Below are positions 19,508 through 29,138 of a DNA stretch of 32,000 bases, piece by piece. Source of the DNA: Mycolicibacterium smegmatis (GTDB lineage Bacteria > Actinomycetota > Actinomycetes > Mycobacteriales > Mycobacteriaceae). Made by a program: the position numbers and the translations under genes. Below the pieces are notes generated by a model. It saw only the letters and a list, made by a program, of their open reading frames with translations. It did no database searches and was not told where the DNA came from. How positions within the stretch are numbered: position 1 is the first letter of the stretch; each line of letters begins with the position of its first letter. The DNA lies in contig NZ_LN831039.1 in the NCBI RefSeq assembly GCF_001457595.1, positions 1,950,001-1,982,000 on the forward strand, read 5' to 3'.

Positions 19508-20320
19508 GTGAACAGCGATACCGAGCGCCCGGCGCTCGATGCCGACGCCATCCGTTCCGCAGTGGTGCGACCGCGCGGGTCGTGGCGCAGTTTCGATGTC
19601 GTCGCGGAGACCGGGTCGACGAATGCCGACCTGCTGGCACGCGCGAGATCGGGTACCGACATCAACGGTGCGGTGTTGGCCGCCGAACACCAGACCGCGG
19701 GCCGCGGTCGCAACGGCAGACAGTGGACCACGCCGCCGCGATCGCAGATCGCGGTCTCGGTGGGGATCGACACGACCGGTGTTCCGTCGACAGCGTGGGG
19801 CCTGCTCCCGCTCGCGACCGGCGTGGCGGTGGTCGACGCCATCTCGGCGGTCACCGGGGTCGAAGCGAAACTCAAGTGGCCCAACGATGTTCTGGTCGAC
19901 ACCGGCAAGCTGGCCGGCATCCTGGCCGAGGTCGCCTCGCCCGCACCGACCGTGGTGATCGGCACCGGCCTGAACGTCTCTGTCATGCCGGACGACGTGC
20001 CCGATTCGGTCGCGACGTCGCTGGCGATGCTGACCGACGCCCCCGTGGATCGCTCGGCACTGCTGACGGAGTTCCTGACCCGACTGGCCGACCGGGTCGA
20101 AAGCTGGCGTGCGGCAGGCGGAGCCGACGAAAGGCTGCTCGACGACTATCGGCAGTGCAGCGGCACGCTGGGCACCGCGGTCCGGGTGCTGCTTCCGGGA
20201 GATCGGCAACTGCTGGGCGACGCGGTGGACATCGACGAATCCGGAAGACTGCTGATCGACTCCGAGGGTGAGCGCATCACCGTGGCCGCAGGCGACGTGA
20301 CGCATCTGCGCCCCGCGTGA
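19508..20320 (+). CDS. birA: Biotin-[acetyl-CoA-carboxylase] ligase (group I BirA, no DNA-binding domain)
   Basis: 270 aa with the biotin-binding loop QTAGRGRNGRQW and the KWPNDV motif. GTG start, 22 nt after the fadE25 stop. Confidence 0.9.
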   Translation: MNSDTERPALDADAIRSAVVRPRGSWRSFDVVAETGSTNADLLARARSGTDINGAVLAAEHQTAGRGRNGRQWTTPPRSQIAVSVGIDTTGVPSTAWGLLPLATGVAVVDAISAVTGVEAKLKWPNDVLVDTGKLAGILAEVASPAPTVVIGTGLNVSVMPDDVPDSVATSLAMLTDAPVDRSALLTEFLTRLADRVESWRAAGGADERLLDDYRQCSGTLGTAVRVLLPGDRQLLGDAVDIDESGRLLIDSEGERITVAAGDVTHLRPA

Positions 20321-20327
20321 CCTCTCG

Positions 20328-20385
20328 CGAGCAGACACAAACTTGCGCACATTGGGGTGAAAAAGCGCAGTTTTGCGTCTGCTCG
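20328..20385. terminator. Long imperfect hairpin between convergent birA and the TIGR03089 gene; candidate bidirectional terminator
   Basis: The arms 20328-20348 (CGAGCAGACACAAACTTGCGC) and 20365-20385 (GCGCAGTTTTGCGTCTGCTCG) pair at 18 of 21 positions around a 16-nt loop. The inner GCGC stem is followed by AGTTTTG on the plus strand. Confidence 0.45.
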
Positions 20386-20395
20386 GCAGGAAAAG

Positions 20396-21100
20396 CTAAC
20401 CGCGCGTGACCTTCTCGGTCTGGCGGCGGCGTTCCTGGGCGCCCGGATCGGGATTGGCCACCTGCACCAGCGACGCGCCGGCGGCGAACACCGCGAGCAG
20501 GTTGGCGATCAGTTCGTCGGGGGTGGCCCATGACGCGGTCGAGAGCACGCGGTCGTCCGCGGTGAACCCGCTTGCCGCTGCGGCACTGCGCGCGGCGTCG
20601 AGCACCTCGCCGACCGACTGTCCGGCCAGTGCCGGGCCGGGACGGCGCTCCGGCACGATCTGATCGCCGTGCACACGCACCGCCGTCGCATAGTCGGTGA
20701 CGCCCACCGGCAGATCGGCGGCCGGCTTACCGAACGGGTCGAGGGACAGCACCGCGACCTCGCCTCCGGAGACCGCGTCGTCGGCCTCGTCGAGCCGGGC
20801 ACGGGTGCACAGGGCGATGTCGGCAGGACCCTCCAACACGATTTCCGCGCCGATCCACCAGATCCCGAACAACACCGCCGCGGTCTGCCAGTGCGCGGGC
20901 AGCAGCACCGCGACGCGGGTCTGCGGACCTGCGCCCAGCTCGTCGCGTAACAGGTTGGCGGTCTTGGCGGCCCAGTTGGCCAGGGTCACCGTCGACAGCT
21001 CGATGCGTTCACCGGTGGCGTCGTCGTAGTAGGTGATCCGCGGGCCGGCCGGATCGGCCGCCAACAGCGGGTCCAGCACGGCAGCGCTGACTGTGCTCAT
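20396..21100 (-). CDS. TIGR03089-family conserved actinobacterial protein (Rv3268-like)
   Basis: 234 aa, starting ITYYDDATGERIELSTVTLANWAAKTANLL. It lies immediately upstream of the LCP gene, as Rv3268 does relative to Rv3267. Confidence 0.8.
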   Translation of the reverse strand: MSTVSAAVLDPLLAADPAGPRITYYDDATGERIELSTVTLANWAAKTANLLRDELGAGPQTRVAVLLPAHWQTAAVLFGIWWIGAEIVLEGPADIALCTRARLDEADDAVSGGEVAVLSLDPFGKPAADLPVGVTDYATAVRVHGDQIVPERRPGPALAGQSVGEVLDAARSAAAASGFTADDRVLSTASWATPDELIANLLAVFAAGASLVQVANPDPGAQERRRQTEKVTRG

Positions 21101-21122
21101 TGCTCGCTCATTCCTGATGCGG

Positions 21123-22616
21123 TCAGTTCACGCACTGCGGGTCGTTGGCGCCCGCGGTGAGAATCGGCGACGGCGGAGGCGGCGGGGTCTCGTCCTCGCT
21201 CGAGCCGTCGGCGTAGCCGCTCGCGCTGGAGGAGGCCGGATCCACCGAGCTCAGGGCGGGGTTGCCGTCCAGACCGGACCCGGGGCCGGTGTAGTCGTCA
21301 CCGAGCACCACACGCACCGATCCGGCCGGGATCGACGAATCCTCGTGCACCGGCAGCCCGCCGAGATCCTTCGCGACCTCCTGGGCGCCGAGATCGTCGG
21401 ACGTGGCCGCCAGCACCTGGCTGCCTGCCACCGGTCCGTCCTCGTGGTTACCGGTGTCGCCGGGGGTGAACCCCTTCTGGGTGAGCACCTGCGAGACCGA
21501 GGCGGCCAGGCCGTTGACGTCGGTGCCGTTGAGCACCTCGACGGTGGTCTTGGCAGGCGAGTAGGCCAGCTCCTCGGTCTTGCCCTCGTCCTGGTCCTGC
21601 AGCAGACCGGTCACCCAGTCGCGGACCTGCTGCGGGTCCACCCGCACGACGCTCTGCATGCCGTCGTCGCTCCAGCCGTCCTCACGCAGGATCGGGATGG
21701 TCGCGAACGCGACGTTGCCGCCTGCGAGGTTCTGCAGCTGGCTGACGAAATCCATGATGTCCCAACCGTCGGAGATCACCACGGAACGCTGGACGGCGTC
21801 CTGGAGGCGTCCCAGCGTGGCCGGGCTCGACAGGGTCTTGCTCGAGATCGCCTCGTGCGCAAGGGAAGCCATGAACGCCTGCTGCCGGGTGACGCGGTCC
21901 AGGTCACCGCGGGGCAGGCCGTGGCGCTGACGCACGAAGCTCAACGCCTGTGGGCCGTTGAGCTTCTGCCAGCCCGCCGGGAAGTCGGCGCCCGAAAGCG
22001 GTTCGTACACGGGCTCGTTGAGGCACACGTTGACGCCGCCGAGCGCGTCGGTGATGAGCGCGAAGCCCAGCAGGCCGATCTCGGCGTAATGGTCGACGGT
22101 GACGCCCGTGAGATCGGCGACGGTCTCGATGAGCTTCTCGCGCCCGGCCTCGGTGGCCTCCGGCTCCGCGACCGCCGGGTCCTCGCCCTCGACCTCGACC
22201 AGTTGCTTCATGCGGTCGAGCTTGACGTCGCCGAAGACGCCGTTGATCTTCATCTTGCCCCAGCCCGGGGCCTCCACATAGGAGTCGCGGGGGATGGAGA
22301 TCGCGGTCGCCGACGTCCCGTTGTTGGGGATGCGGACCAGGATGATCGTGTCGGTGTTGGTCGACACGTCGTCGCCGGCCCGCAGCGTCGCGAGCTCTTC
22401 GGGGGACAACGGGTTGCCGTGGGCATCTGTGCGGCTGTCGATACCGACCAGCAGGATGTCGATCGCGCCGTCCTCGCCGCCCTCGCCGAGCGCGGACGAG
22501 CTGATGTGGTTGATACCGGACTCGAACGACCGGACCTGGGTCCAGGCCACCCCTGTTCCGAGCACCACGGCCGACGCTGCGGCCACAGCAATGGACCTGA
22601 TCAACGGGATGGGCAC
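21123..22616 (-). CDS. lcp1: LytR-CpsA-Psr (LCP) family cell-wall glycopolymer ligase (Rv3267-like)
   Basis: 497 aa. It has an N-terminal membrane anchor, an LCP core (ILLVGIDSR, TDTIILVRI, ISIPRDSYV, LSFVRQRHGLPRGDLDR) and a C-terminal LytR_C-like domain. It is divergent from rmlD as in M. tuberculosis. Confidence 0.9.
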   Translation of the reverse strand: MPIPLIRSIAVAAASAVVLGTGVAWTQVRSFESGINHISSSALGEGGEDGAIDILLVGIDSRTDAHGNPLSPEELATLRAGDDVSTNTDTIILVRIPNNGTSATAISIPRDSYVEAPGWGKMKINGVFGDVKLDRMKQLVEVEGEDPAVAEPEATEAGREKLIETVADLTGVTVDHYAEIGLLGFALITDALGGVNVCLNEPVYEPLSGADFPAGWQKLNGPQALSFVRQRHGLPRGDLDRVTRQQAFMASLAHEAISSKTLSSPATLGRLQDAVQRSVVISDGWDIMDFVSQLQNLAGGNVAFATIPILREDGWSDDGMQSVVRVDPQQVRDWVTGLLQDQDEGKTEELAYSPAKTTVEVLNGTDVNGLAASVSQVLTQKGFTPGDTGNHEDGPVAGSQVLAATSDDLGAQEVAKDLGGLPVHEDSSIPAGSVRVVLGDDYTGPGSGLDGNPALSSVDPASSSASGYADGSSEDETPPPPPSPILTAGANDPQCVN

Positions 22617-22683
22617 GAGCCCAGGCTACTGGCGGACCCCACGTGAGCCGGGTAACGATCACCGGCGTGCCAGACTCGACGTC

Positions 22684-23574
22684 ATGGCGCAACGGATAGT
22701 CATCACCGGGGCAGGCGGCATGGTCGGGCGCGTTTTGGCTGATCAGGCGGCTGCCAAGGGGCACACGGTGCTCGCCCTGACGTCCTCGCAGTGTGACATC
22801 ACCGACGAGGATGCGGTGCGGCGATTCGTCGCGAACGGTGACGTGGTGATCAACTGCGCGGCATATACGCAGGTCGACAAGGCCGAGGACGAGCCCGAGC
22901 GGGCCCACGCGGTCAACGCTGTGGGCCCCGGCAACCTCGCGAAGGCCTGCGCGGCGGTCGACGCGGGCCTGATCCACATCTCCACCGACTATGTATTCGG
23001 TGCCGTTGACCGCGACACCCCGTACGAGGTCGACGACGAGACCGGGCCCGTCAACATCTACGGCCGCACCAAGCTGGCCGGCGAGCAGGCCGTGCTGGCC
23101 GCCAAACCCGACGCGTATGTCGTGCGCACGGCGTGGGTGTACCGCGGGGGCGACGGTTCGGACTTCGTGGCGACCATGCGCAGGCTCGCCGCCGGCGACG
23201 GCGCCATCGACGTCGTGGCCGATCAGGTCGGCTCACCGACCTACACCGGCGACCTCGTGGGTGCGCTGCTGCAGATCGTCGACGGCGGTGTCGAGCCCGG
23301 CATCCTGCACGCCGCCAACGCGGGCGTGGCCAGCCGCTTCGACCAGGCGCGGGCGACGTTCGAGGCGGTCGGCGCCGATCCGGAACGCGTACGCCCGTGC
23401 GGCAGCGACCGGCATCCGCGTCCGGCGCCGCGTCCGAGCTACACGGTGCTGTCGTCGCAGCGGTCGGCGCAGGCCGGTCTGACCCCGCTGCGGGACTGGC
23501 GCGAGGCCCTGCAGGACGCGGTGGCTGCGGTGGTGGGGGCCACTACCGACGGCCCGCTACCCTCTACGCCGTGA
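22684..23574 (+). CDS. rmlD: dTDP-4-dehydrorhamnose reductase RmlD
   Basis: In frame with listed ORF 22294..23574, with ATG at 22684. It carries the ITGAGGMVG Rossmann motif and STDYVF / YGRTK catalytic motifs. Confidence 0.93.
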   Translation: MAQRIVITGAGGMVGRVLADQAAAKGHTVLALTSSQCDITDEDAVRRFVANGDVVINCAAYTQVDKAEDEPERAHAVNAVGPGNLAKACAAVDAGLIHISTDYVFGAVDRDTPYEVDDETGPVNIYGRTKLAGEQAVLAAKPDAYVVRTAWVYRGGDGSDFVATMRRLAAGDGAIDVVADQVGSPTYTGDLVGALLQIVDGGVEPGILHAANAGVASRFDQARATFEAVGADPERVRPCGSDRHPRPAPRPSYTVLSSQRSAQAGLTPLRDWREALQDAVAAVVGATTDGPLPSTP

Positions 23575-24467
23575 CGATGGACGATGCCCGCCCCCTGGTG
23601 GTCGTGACGGTGACATATTCGCCGGGCCCCCACCTGGACCGGTTCCTGTCGTCCCTGTCGCTGGCGACCGATCGCCCGGTGACGGTGATCATGGCCGACA
23701 ACGGGTCGACCGACGGCACACCGGAGGAGGCCGAGCAGCGGTACCCCAACGTGCGCCTGCTGCGTACGGGCGCCAACCTCGGCTACGGCAGTGCGGTCAA
23801 CCGTGCCGTGGCGCAGTTGACCGCCGGCGAGGGCACGGACTTCCTCGTGGTGGCCAACCCGGACGTGCAGTGGGGCCCGAAGGCGATCGACCTTCTTCTC
23901 GAGGCGTCCGACCGCTGGCCGCATGCCGGCGCGTTCGGGCCGCTCATCCGTGACCCCGACGGCGCGATCTACCCGTCGGCGCGGCATCAGCCGAGCCTGC
24001 TCCGCGGTGGTCTGCACGCGGTCGTCGGTCCGTTCTGGAAGAACAATCCGTGGACGGCGGCCTACCGCCAGGACCGCCAGGAGCCCTCCGAGCGGCCCGT
24101 GGGCTGGCTGTCGGGATCGTGTCTGTTGCTGCGCCGCAATGCATTCGATGCGATCGGCGGTTTCGACGAGCGGTACTTCATGTACATGGAGGACGTCGAC
24201 CTCGGTGACCGTCTCGATCGCGCGGGGTGGCAGAACATCTACGTGCCCTCGGCGGAAGTGCTGCACTACAAGGGGCATTCGACCGGACGGGATCCCGCGC
24301 GCAATTTGGCCGCCCATCACCGCAGTACCTACACTTTCCTGGCCGATCGCTACCCCGCGACCTGGCAGGCCCCGTTACGGTGGGCCATCCGGGGTGCGTT
24401 GGCGGTGCGGGCCGGGCTTGTGGTTGGAAACTCTCGGCGCAAGCGGGCGAACAAAGGGGCGTGGTGA
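23571..24467 (+). CDS. wbbL1: dTDP-Rha:GlcNAc-PP-decaprenol alpha-3-L-rhamnosyltransferase WbbL (GT2)
   Basis: In frame with listed ORF 23133..24467. GTG 23571 overlaps the rmlD stop as GTGA; the alternative start is ATG 23577. GT2 motifs are present (VVTVTYSPG, ADNGSTDGT, YMEDVDL). The position is syntenic with M. tuberculosis. Confidence 0.92.
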   Translation: MTMDDARPLVVVTVTYSPGPHLDRFLSSLSLATDRPVTVIMADNGSTDGTPEEAEQRYPNVRLLRTGANLGYGSAVNRAVAQLTAGEGTDFLVVANPDVQWGPKAIDLLLEASDRWPHAGAFGPLIRDPDGAIYPSARHQPSLLRGGLHAVVGPFWKNNPWTAAYRQDRQEPSERPVGWLSGSCLLLRRNAFDAIGGFDERYFMYMEDVDLGDRLDRAGWQNIYVPSAEVLHYKGHSTGRDPARNLAAHHRSTYTFLADRYPATWQAPLRWAIRGALAVRAGLVVGNSRRKRANKGAW

Positions 24468-25546
24468 TGACCGAACCTGCAGAAGTCGATGCCGTCATCC
24501 TGGTCGGCGGGCAGGGCACACGCCTTCGCCCTCTCACGCTTTCGGCGCCCAAGCCGATGCTGCCCACCGCCGGGCTGCCGTTCCTGACGCATCTGCTGTC
24601 GCGCATCGCGGCGGCAGGCATCAAGCACGTCGTGATGGGCACGTCCTACAAGGCCGAGGTGTTCGAGGCCGAGTTCGGTGACGGCTCCAAGCTGGGGATC
24701 GAGATCGACTACGTCACCGAGACCGAGGCGCTGGGCACCGGCGGTGCCATCGCGAACGTCGCCGACAAACTGCGTCACGACACCGTGATGGTGTTCAACG
24801 GCGACGTGCTCTCGTGCGCCGATCTCGGTGCGATCCTCGCGACACACGACGCCAACGACGCCGACGTGACACTGCACCTGGTGCGCGTCGGTGATCCCCG
24901 CGCGTTCGGTTGTGTGCCGACCGACGCCGATGGCCGGGTCACCGCATTCCTGGAGAAGACGCAGGATCCACCGACCGATCAGATCAACGCGGGCTGCTAC
25001 GTGTTCAAGCGCGAGGTCATCGACCGGTTGCCCAGGGGCCGTGTGCTGTCGGTGGAGCGCGAGGTGTTCCCCGCGCTGCTCGCCGACGGCCTGCGCATCT
25101 ACGGCCACGTCGACGCCTCGTACTGGCGCGACATGGGGACCCCGGAGGACTTCGTCCGCGGATCGGCCGACCTGGTGCGCGGCATCGCCGGCTCACCCGC
25201 GCTCAATGGGCAGCGGGGCGAATCGCTCGTACACGACGGTGCCGGCGTCGCCCCGGGTGCGCTGCTGATCGGCGGCACCGTGGTGGGACGCGGAGCCGAG
25301 ATCGGCGCGGGCGCACGGTTGGACGGCGCGGTGATCTTCGACGGTGTGCGCGTCGAGGCCGGCGCGGTGATCGAACGCTCGATCATCGGGTTCGGCGCCC
25401 GCATCGGCCCGCGTGCGCTCATCCGCGACGGGGTGATCGGCGACGGCGCAGACATCGGCGCGCGCTGCGAACTGCTGCGCGGTGCGCGCGTGTGGCCGGG
25501 CGTGACGATTCCCGACGGCGGAATCCGCTACTCGACCGACGTCTGA
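24467..25546 (+). CDS. manB: Mannose-1-phosphate guanylyltransferase (Rv3264c-like; nucleotidyltransferase plus a left-handed beta-helix)
   Basis: In frame with listed ORF 24227..25546. ATG 24467 overlaps the wbbL stop as TGATG. It has the LVGGQGTRLRPLT loop and C-terminal hexapeptide repeats. Confidence 0.92.
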   Translation: MTEPAEVDAVILVGGQGTRLRPLTLSAPKPMLPTAGLPFLTHLLSRIAAAGIKHVVMGTSYKAEVFEAEFGDGSKLGIEIDYVTETEALGTGGAIANVADKLRHDTVMVFNGDVLSCADLGAILATHDANDADVTLHLVRVGDPRAFGCVPTDADGRVTAFLEKTQDPPTDQINAGCYVFKREVIDRLPRGRVLSVEREVFPALLADGLRIYGHVDASYWRDMGTPEDFVRGSADLVRGIAGSPALNGQRGESLVHDGAGVAPGALLIGGTVVGRGAEIGAGARLDGAVIFDGVRVEAGAVIERSIIGFGARIGPRALIRDGVIGDGADIGARCELLRGARVWPGVTIPDGGIRYSTDV

Positions 25547-26076
25547 CGCCGCGCCGCGGCGGCGAGCTGGTCGAGGCCGAAATCCGTGCCATCGGGCAGT
25601 GCGTCCAGCGGCCACCACCGTAGGTCCAATGATTCGTCGCTGCAGACGATTTCGGCTCCCTCGGGGGCGCGCACCAGGAACTGCATGTCGAGGTGACGCG
25701 TCGGGACCCCGAGCGAGCAGGTGACCGGATGCACGTGCAGCGCAGCCAGATCCGGATCGATCGTCAGACCATCGATACCCGATTCCTCGGTGGCCTCGCG
25801 CAAGGCCGCGGCGTGGATGTCGGGATCGGTGTCCTCGCAGTGCCCGCCGAGTTGCAGCCAGCGCCCGAAACGCGGATGCAGCGTCAGCAGCGTGTGCGTG
25901 CCCGTGTGGTCGATCACGAGTGCCGATGCCGTGATGTGGCCTGGGACGCATGCGCGCAGGCACGCGTCGGGGCGGGCCGCCAGAAACGACAGCACCGCAT
26001 GGCGCAGCGAATCCTGCGCGGGATCCGGTGCGTCCCAGTGGGTCAGTAGCCGGGTGGCCGAATCATGAAGGCTCAC
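25528..26076 (-). CDS. NUDIX hydrolase
   Basis: 182 aa with a variant Nudix box [26 protein letters not shown]. The GTG start (26076-26074) overlaps the fbiB stop as GTGA. The 3' end overlaps convergent manB by 19 nt. Confidence 0.85.
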   Translation of the reverse strand: MSLHDSATRLLTHWDAPDPAQDSLRHAVLSFLAARPDACLRACVPGHITASALVIDHTGTHTLLTLHPRFGRWLQLGGHCEDTDPDIHAAALREATEESGIDGLTIDPDLAALHVHPVTCSLGVPTRHLDMQFLVRAPEGAEIVCSDESLDLRWWPLDALPDGTDFGLDQLAAAARRQTSVE

Positions 26077-27437
26077 TTGCGCACCAGCAGTTCGTCGGTG
26101 GGCACCGGATCGCGTGGCCCAAGCGGTTGCGGTGTCTGTTCGGGATAACCGATCGCGATGGCGCCCAAGGGTTCCCAGTCATCGGGCAGATCGAGTTCGG
26201 CGCGCACCAGGTCCGCGGCAAAGATCGTCGACCCGATCCAGCAACTGCCGATGTCGCGCACCGCGAGCGCGACCAGCAGGCCCTGAACGGCCGCGCCGAC
26301 CGCGACGGTGAACATGGTGTGCTCGGCCGCGGTGCGTGCGTCGTCGGGATAGCTGTGCACACCGTCGGGCACCAGGAACGGGATCACCAGTTCCGGCGCG
26401 TCGTAGAGGATCTGGCCGCGCGCCACGCGGCGCTCGACCGCGTCCGCGTCCAGACCGTCTGCGGTGAGATCGGCACGCCACTGCTCTTTCATGCGGTCCA
26501 GCAGGCGCGTGCGGGTCTCGGAGTCCTGCACCCACACGAAACGCACGGGCCGGGTGTGGTGCGGCGCCGGCGCGGTGAGCGCCTCGCCGACTGCGGCCTC
26601 GATGGCGTCGTGCGGGACCGGCTCGGCGCTGAACCGGCGCACCGAGCGGCGCAGCAGCTGGGCCTGCATGCGGCCCAGCTCGATCGCCTCGGCGGTGCCG
26701 AGCCAGAACAGGTCGTCCTCACCGGCACGCACCAGCCGGTGGGCGCTGGACCCGTCGTCGGGCAGTCTGAGGCCGCGCACCACGGCGACCGGGATCGCGG
26801 TGAGCTTGCCTTTGACCAGATCGGCGGCCGCGGCGATCTCGTCGGCGACGGCGACCTCGGTGACCACCAACTCGTTGCCGTGGCGGTCGCGGGAGCCTGC
26901 GTAGCCCTGCAGCACCGTCAGACCCGATGCGCCGATGGCGAAGTCGGTCTGTCCGGTGCGCCACGCCCGGCCCATGGTGTCGGTGATCACCACCCCGACG
27001 GTGACGCCGAGGCGCTCACGCAACCCCTCGCGCAGCGTCGCGGCGCTGCCGTCGGGGTCGACCGGGAGCAGCGCCAGTTCGGTGGATCCGACGTTGGAAC
27101 CGTCCACACCGGCCGCGGCCTGGACGAGCCCGATCGCGTTCTCGGTGATCAGGGTGCGGCCCTTGCGGGCCAGCACCCGCACCGCCTCGTCGTCGATGAG
27201 TTTGCGCCGCAGGGTGTCCCGTTCCTCGGGATCCGACGGGGCTGCCACGATGCGGCCCTCGCACTTGGAGACCACCTTGCTGGTGACCACCAGGACGTCG
27301 CCGTCACGCAGCCACGGCGCCGCCTCGGCGAGCGCACCGACGAGGTCGTCACCCGGGCGGAACTCGGGCAGGCCGGGGACCGGCAGGATCTCGACGCGGT
27401 CGGCCGCACCGTGCTCGGTGTTCGCCGCGGCGCTCAC
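26073..27437 (-). CDS. fbiB: Bifunctional F420 gamma-glutamyl ligase / dehydro-F420-0 reductase FbiB
   Basis: 454 aa with an N-terminal CofE-like domain ([15 protein letters not shown]) and a C-terminal nitroreductase-like domain. The GTG start overlaps the fbiA stop as GTGA. Confidence 0.95.
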   Translation of the reverse strand: MSAAANTEHGAADRVEILPVPGLPEFRPGDDLVGALAEAAPWLRDGDVLVVTSKVVSKCEGRIVAAPSDPEERDTLRRKLIDDEAVRVLARKGRTLITENAIGLVQAAAGVDGSNVGSTELALLPVDPDGSAATLREGLRERLGVTVGVVITDTMGRAWRTGQTDFAIGASGLTVLQGYAGSRDRHGNELVVTEVAVADEIAAAADLVKGKLTAIPVAVVRGLRLPDDGSSAHRLVRAGEDDLFWLGTAEAIELGRMQAQLLRRSVRRFSAEPVPHDAIEAAVGEALTAPAPHHTRPVRFVWVQDSETRTRLLDRMKEQWRADLTADGLDADAVERRVARGQILYDAPELVIPFLVPDGVHSYPDDARTAAEHTMFTVAVGAAVQGLLVALAVRDIGSCWIGSTIFAADLVRAELDLPDDWEPLGAIAIGYPEQTPQPLGPRDPVPTDELLVRK

Positions 27438-28417
27438 AGCGACACCCCGGCGAGGTCCAGACCGGCGCGGACCATCGCCGCGGTGGCCTCGGGATCGGTC
27501 ATCAGCAGCGGCACCGCCTTGACCTTCACACCCTCGATCTGCGCGTGGTCACCCTCGTGTACGAGCCACCCGTCGAGCAGGCCCGTGCCGGCCCGGGCGC
27601 CGAAGAACTCGCCGACGGCCTGGGAGGTGGATTCCACGCCGATGACCTTGAGGCATTCATCGGCCATGCCGCGCAATGGTTTTCCGGCGATGATGGGGGA
27701 GTACCCGATCACGGGGGCCGAGGTGGAGCGCAGCGCACCGCGGATGCCGGGGATCTGCAGGATGGGACCGATGCTCACCACGGGGTTCGACGGCGCCAGC
27801 AACACGATGTCGGCGTCGCCGATGGCCTCGACCACGCCGGGTCCTGCCGTTGCCTGATCTGCACCGACGTACGCGAAACTGTGCGTAGGGACCTTTGCCC
27901 GATACCGCACCCACCACTCCTGGAAGTGGATGGCGCGCCGCTCGCCGTCGGTGGGATCGGTGATGACGACGTGGGTCTCGCTGCGCTCGTCGCTTGCGGG
28001 CAGCAATCGCGCTCCCGGCTGCCAGCGTTTGCAGAGCGCCTCGGTCACCTGGGACAGGGGGTAGCCGGCGCGCAACATCTGGCTACGCACCAGGTGGGTG
28101 GCCAGGTCGCGGTCGCCGAGCCCGAACCAGTCGGGCTGCACGCCGTAGGCCGCAAGCTCCTCCTTGGTGTTCCAGGTCTCGTTGCGATGACCCCAGCCGC
28201 GGTCGGGGTCGATCCCGCCGCCGAGGGTGTACATGCAGGTGTCGAGGTCCGGACAGATGCGAACGCCGTGCATCCATGCGTCGTCTCCTATGTTGACGAC
28301 AGCCGTGAGCTCATGCTTGCTGGGACCGTCGGCAAAGGAGCCGAGCCCCAGCAGGTTCTGCACGCCCAGCAAAAACCGTGCGCCGCCGACTCCGCCGACC
28401 AGAACGGTGATCTTCAC
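27434..28417 (-). CDS. fbiA: 2-phospho-L-lactate (EPPG) transferase FbiA/CofD
   Basis: Part of listed ORF 27434..28468(-). GTG 28417 gives (M)[19 protein letters not shown]..., matching the M. tuberculosis FbiA N-terminus [21 protein letters not shown] 28468 is the alternative start. Confidence 0.93.
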   Translation of the reverse strand: MKITVLVGGVGGARFLLGVQNLLGLGSFADGPSKHELTAVVNIGDDAWMHGVRICPDLDTCMYTLGGGIDPDRGWGHRNETWNTKEELAAYGVQPDWFGLGDRDLATHLVRSQMLRAGYPLSQVTEALCKRWQPGARLLPASDERSETHVVITDPTDGERRAIHFQEWWVRYRAKVPTHSFAYVGADQATAGPGVVEAIGDADIVLLAPSNPVVSIGPILQIPGIRGALRSTSAPVIGYSPIIAGKPLRGMADECLKVIGVESTSQAVGEFFGARAGTGLLDGWLVHEGDHAQIEGVKVKAVPLLMTDPEATAAMVRAGLDLAGVSL

Positions 28418-28708
28418 AACGTCCGACACTAGGCGTTGGGACGCTCCGGACGGAAACGACGTCGTCACGAGCAGGACACGCCGATGTCGCGACGCGCCGG
28501 AATGAGATCACGGGATGGTATGAATTCGCGCCCTGGAGCTTGACCCCGACAGCTAACACGTGTGTAATCACAGCAGTGTCATTTTTCGGTTGGTGACCGA
28601 TTCCGGTGTCGCGGACCGAGATTCGATCAACTGTTCGAATGATGGCCGCATATCACAATAGTGGGGCTCCACTGAGGATCTACGAGACCGAGTGAGGAGG
28701 CGGGGGAT

Positions 28709-29098
28709 ATGTCTTATGAGAGCGGCGATTTCGATCGTGTAGTCCGGTTCGACAACCGGCTACTCGGCTCGGTGAGCCATGCACCGCACATCGACACCGG
28801 ATCGACACCGACGGGGGCAGCTGGACGTCCTCAACTGAGTCTGGTGCCCGATTCGTTCGACGTGGCTCCGGAGGCCGAGGAAGACCAATGGCAGGAGCGT
28901 GCCCTGTGCGCGCAAACTGACCCGGAGGCCTTCTTCCCGGAAAAGGGTGGTTCCACCCGAGAGGCCAAGCGCATCTGCCAGGGGTGCGAAGTTCGTGACG
29001 CGTGCCTGGAATACGCGCTCGCGCATGATGAGCGCTTCGGTATCTGGGGCGGTCTGTCGGAGCGTGAGCGCCGGCGCCTCAAACGCGGCATCATCTAG
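28709..29098 (+). CDS. whiB2: WhiB-family Fe-S transcription factor WhiB2/WhmD
   Basis: 129 aa with the four Cys CAQTD...CQGCEVRDAC and the C-terminal GIWGGLSERERRRLKR motif. GAGGAGG precedes the ATG. Confidence 0.95.
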   Translation: MSYESGDFDRVVRFDNRLLGSVSHAPHIDTGSTPTGAAGRPQLSLVPDSFDVAPEAEEDQWQERALCAQTDPEAFFPEKGGSTREAKRICQGCEVRDACLEYALAHDERFGIWGGLSERERRRLKRGII

Positions 29099-29138
29099 AC
29101 GTACGGCGCGGTGAGCACTCGCGACGTGCCGCCCCGCG

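Noticed and set aside
18289-19986. 565-aa minus-strand ORF over fadE25 and birA. The same applies to 21033..22646(+), 25950..27857(+), 16415..17404(-), 23439..24320(-) and 30757..31779(-).
   Set aside because: All are antisense to strongly supported conserved genes and have Arg/Gly/His-rich shadow composition.
28622-28639. Imperfect dyad TTCGATCAACTGTTCGAA upstream of whiB2, and a possible TTGACC-N17-TGTAAT promoter at 28540-28568
   Set aside because: The dyad is self-complementary at only 14 of 18 positions, and the -10 does not fit the mycobacterial TANNNT pattern. Both are plausible but unsupported from sequence alone.
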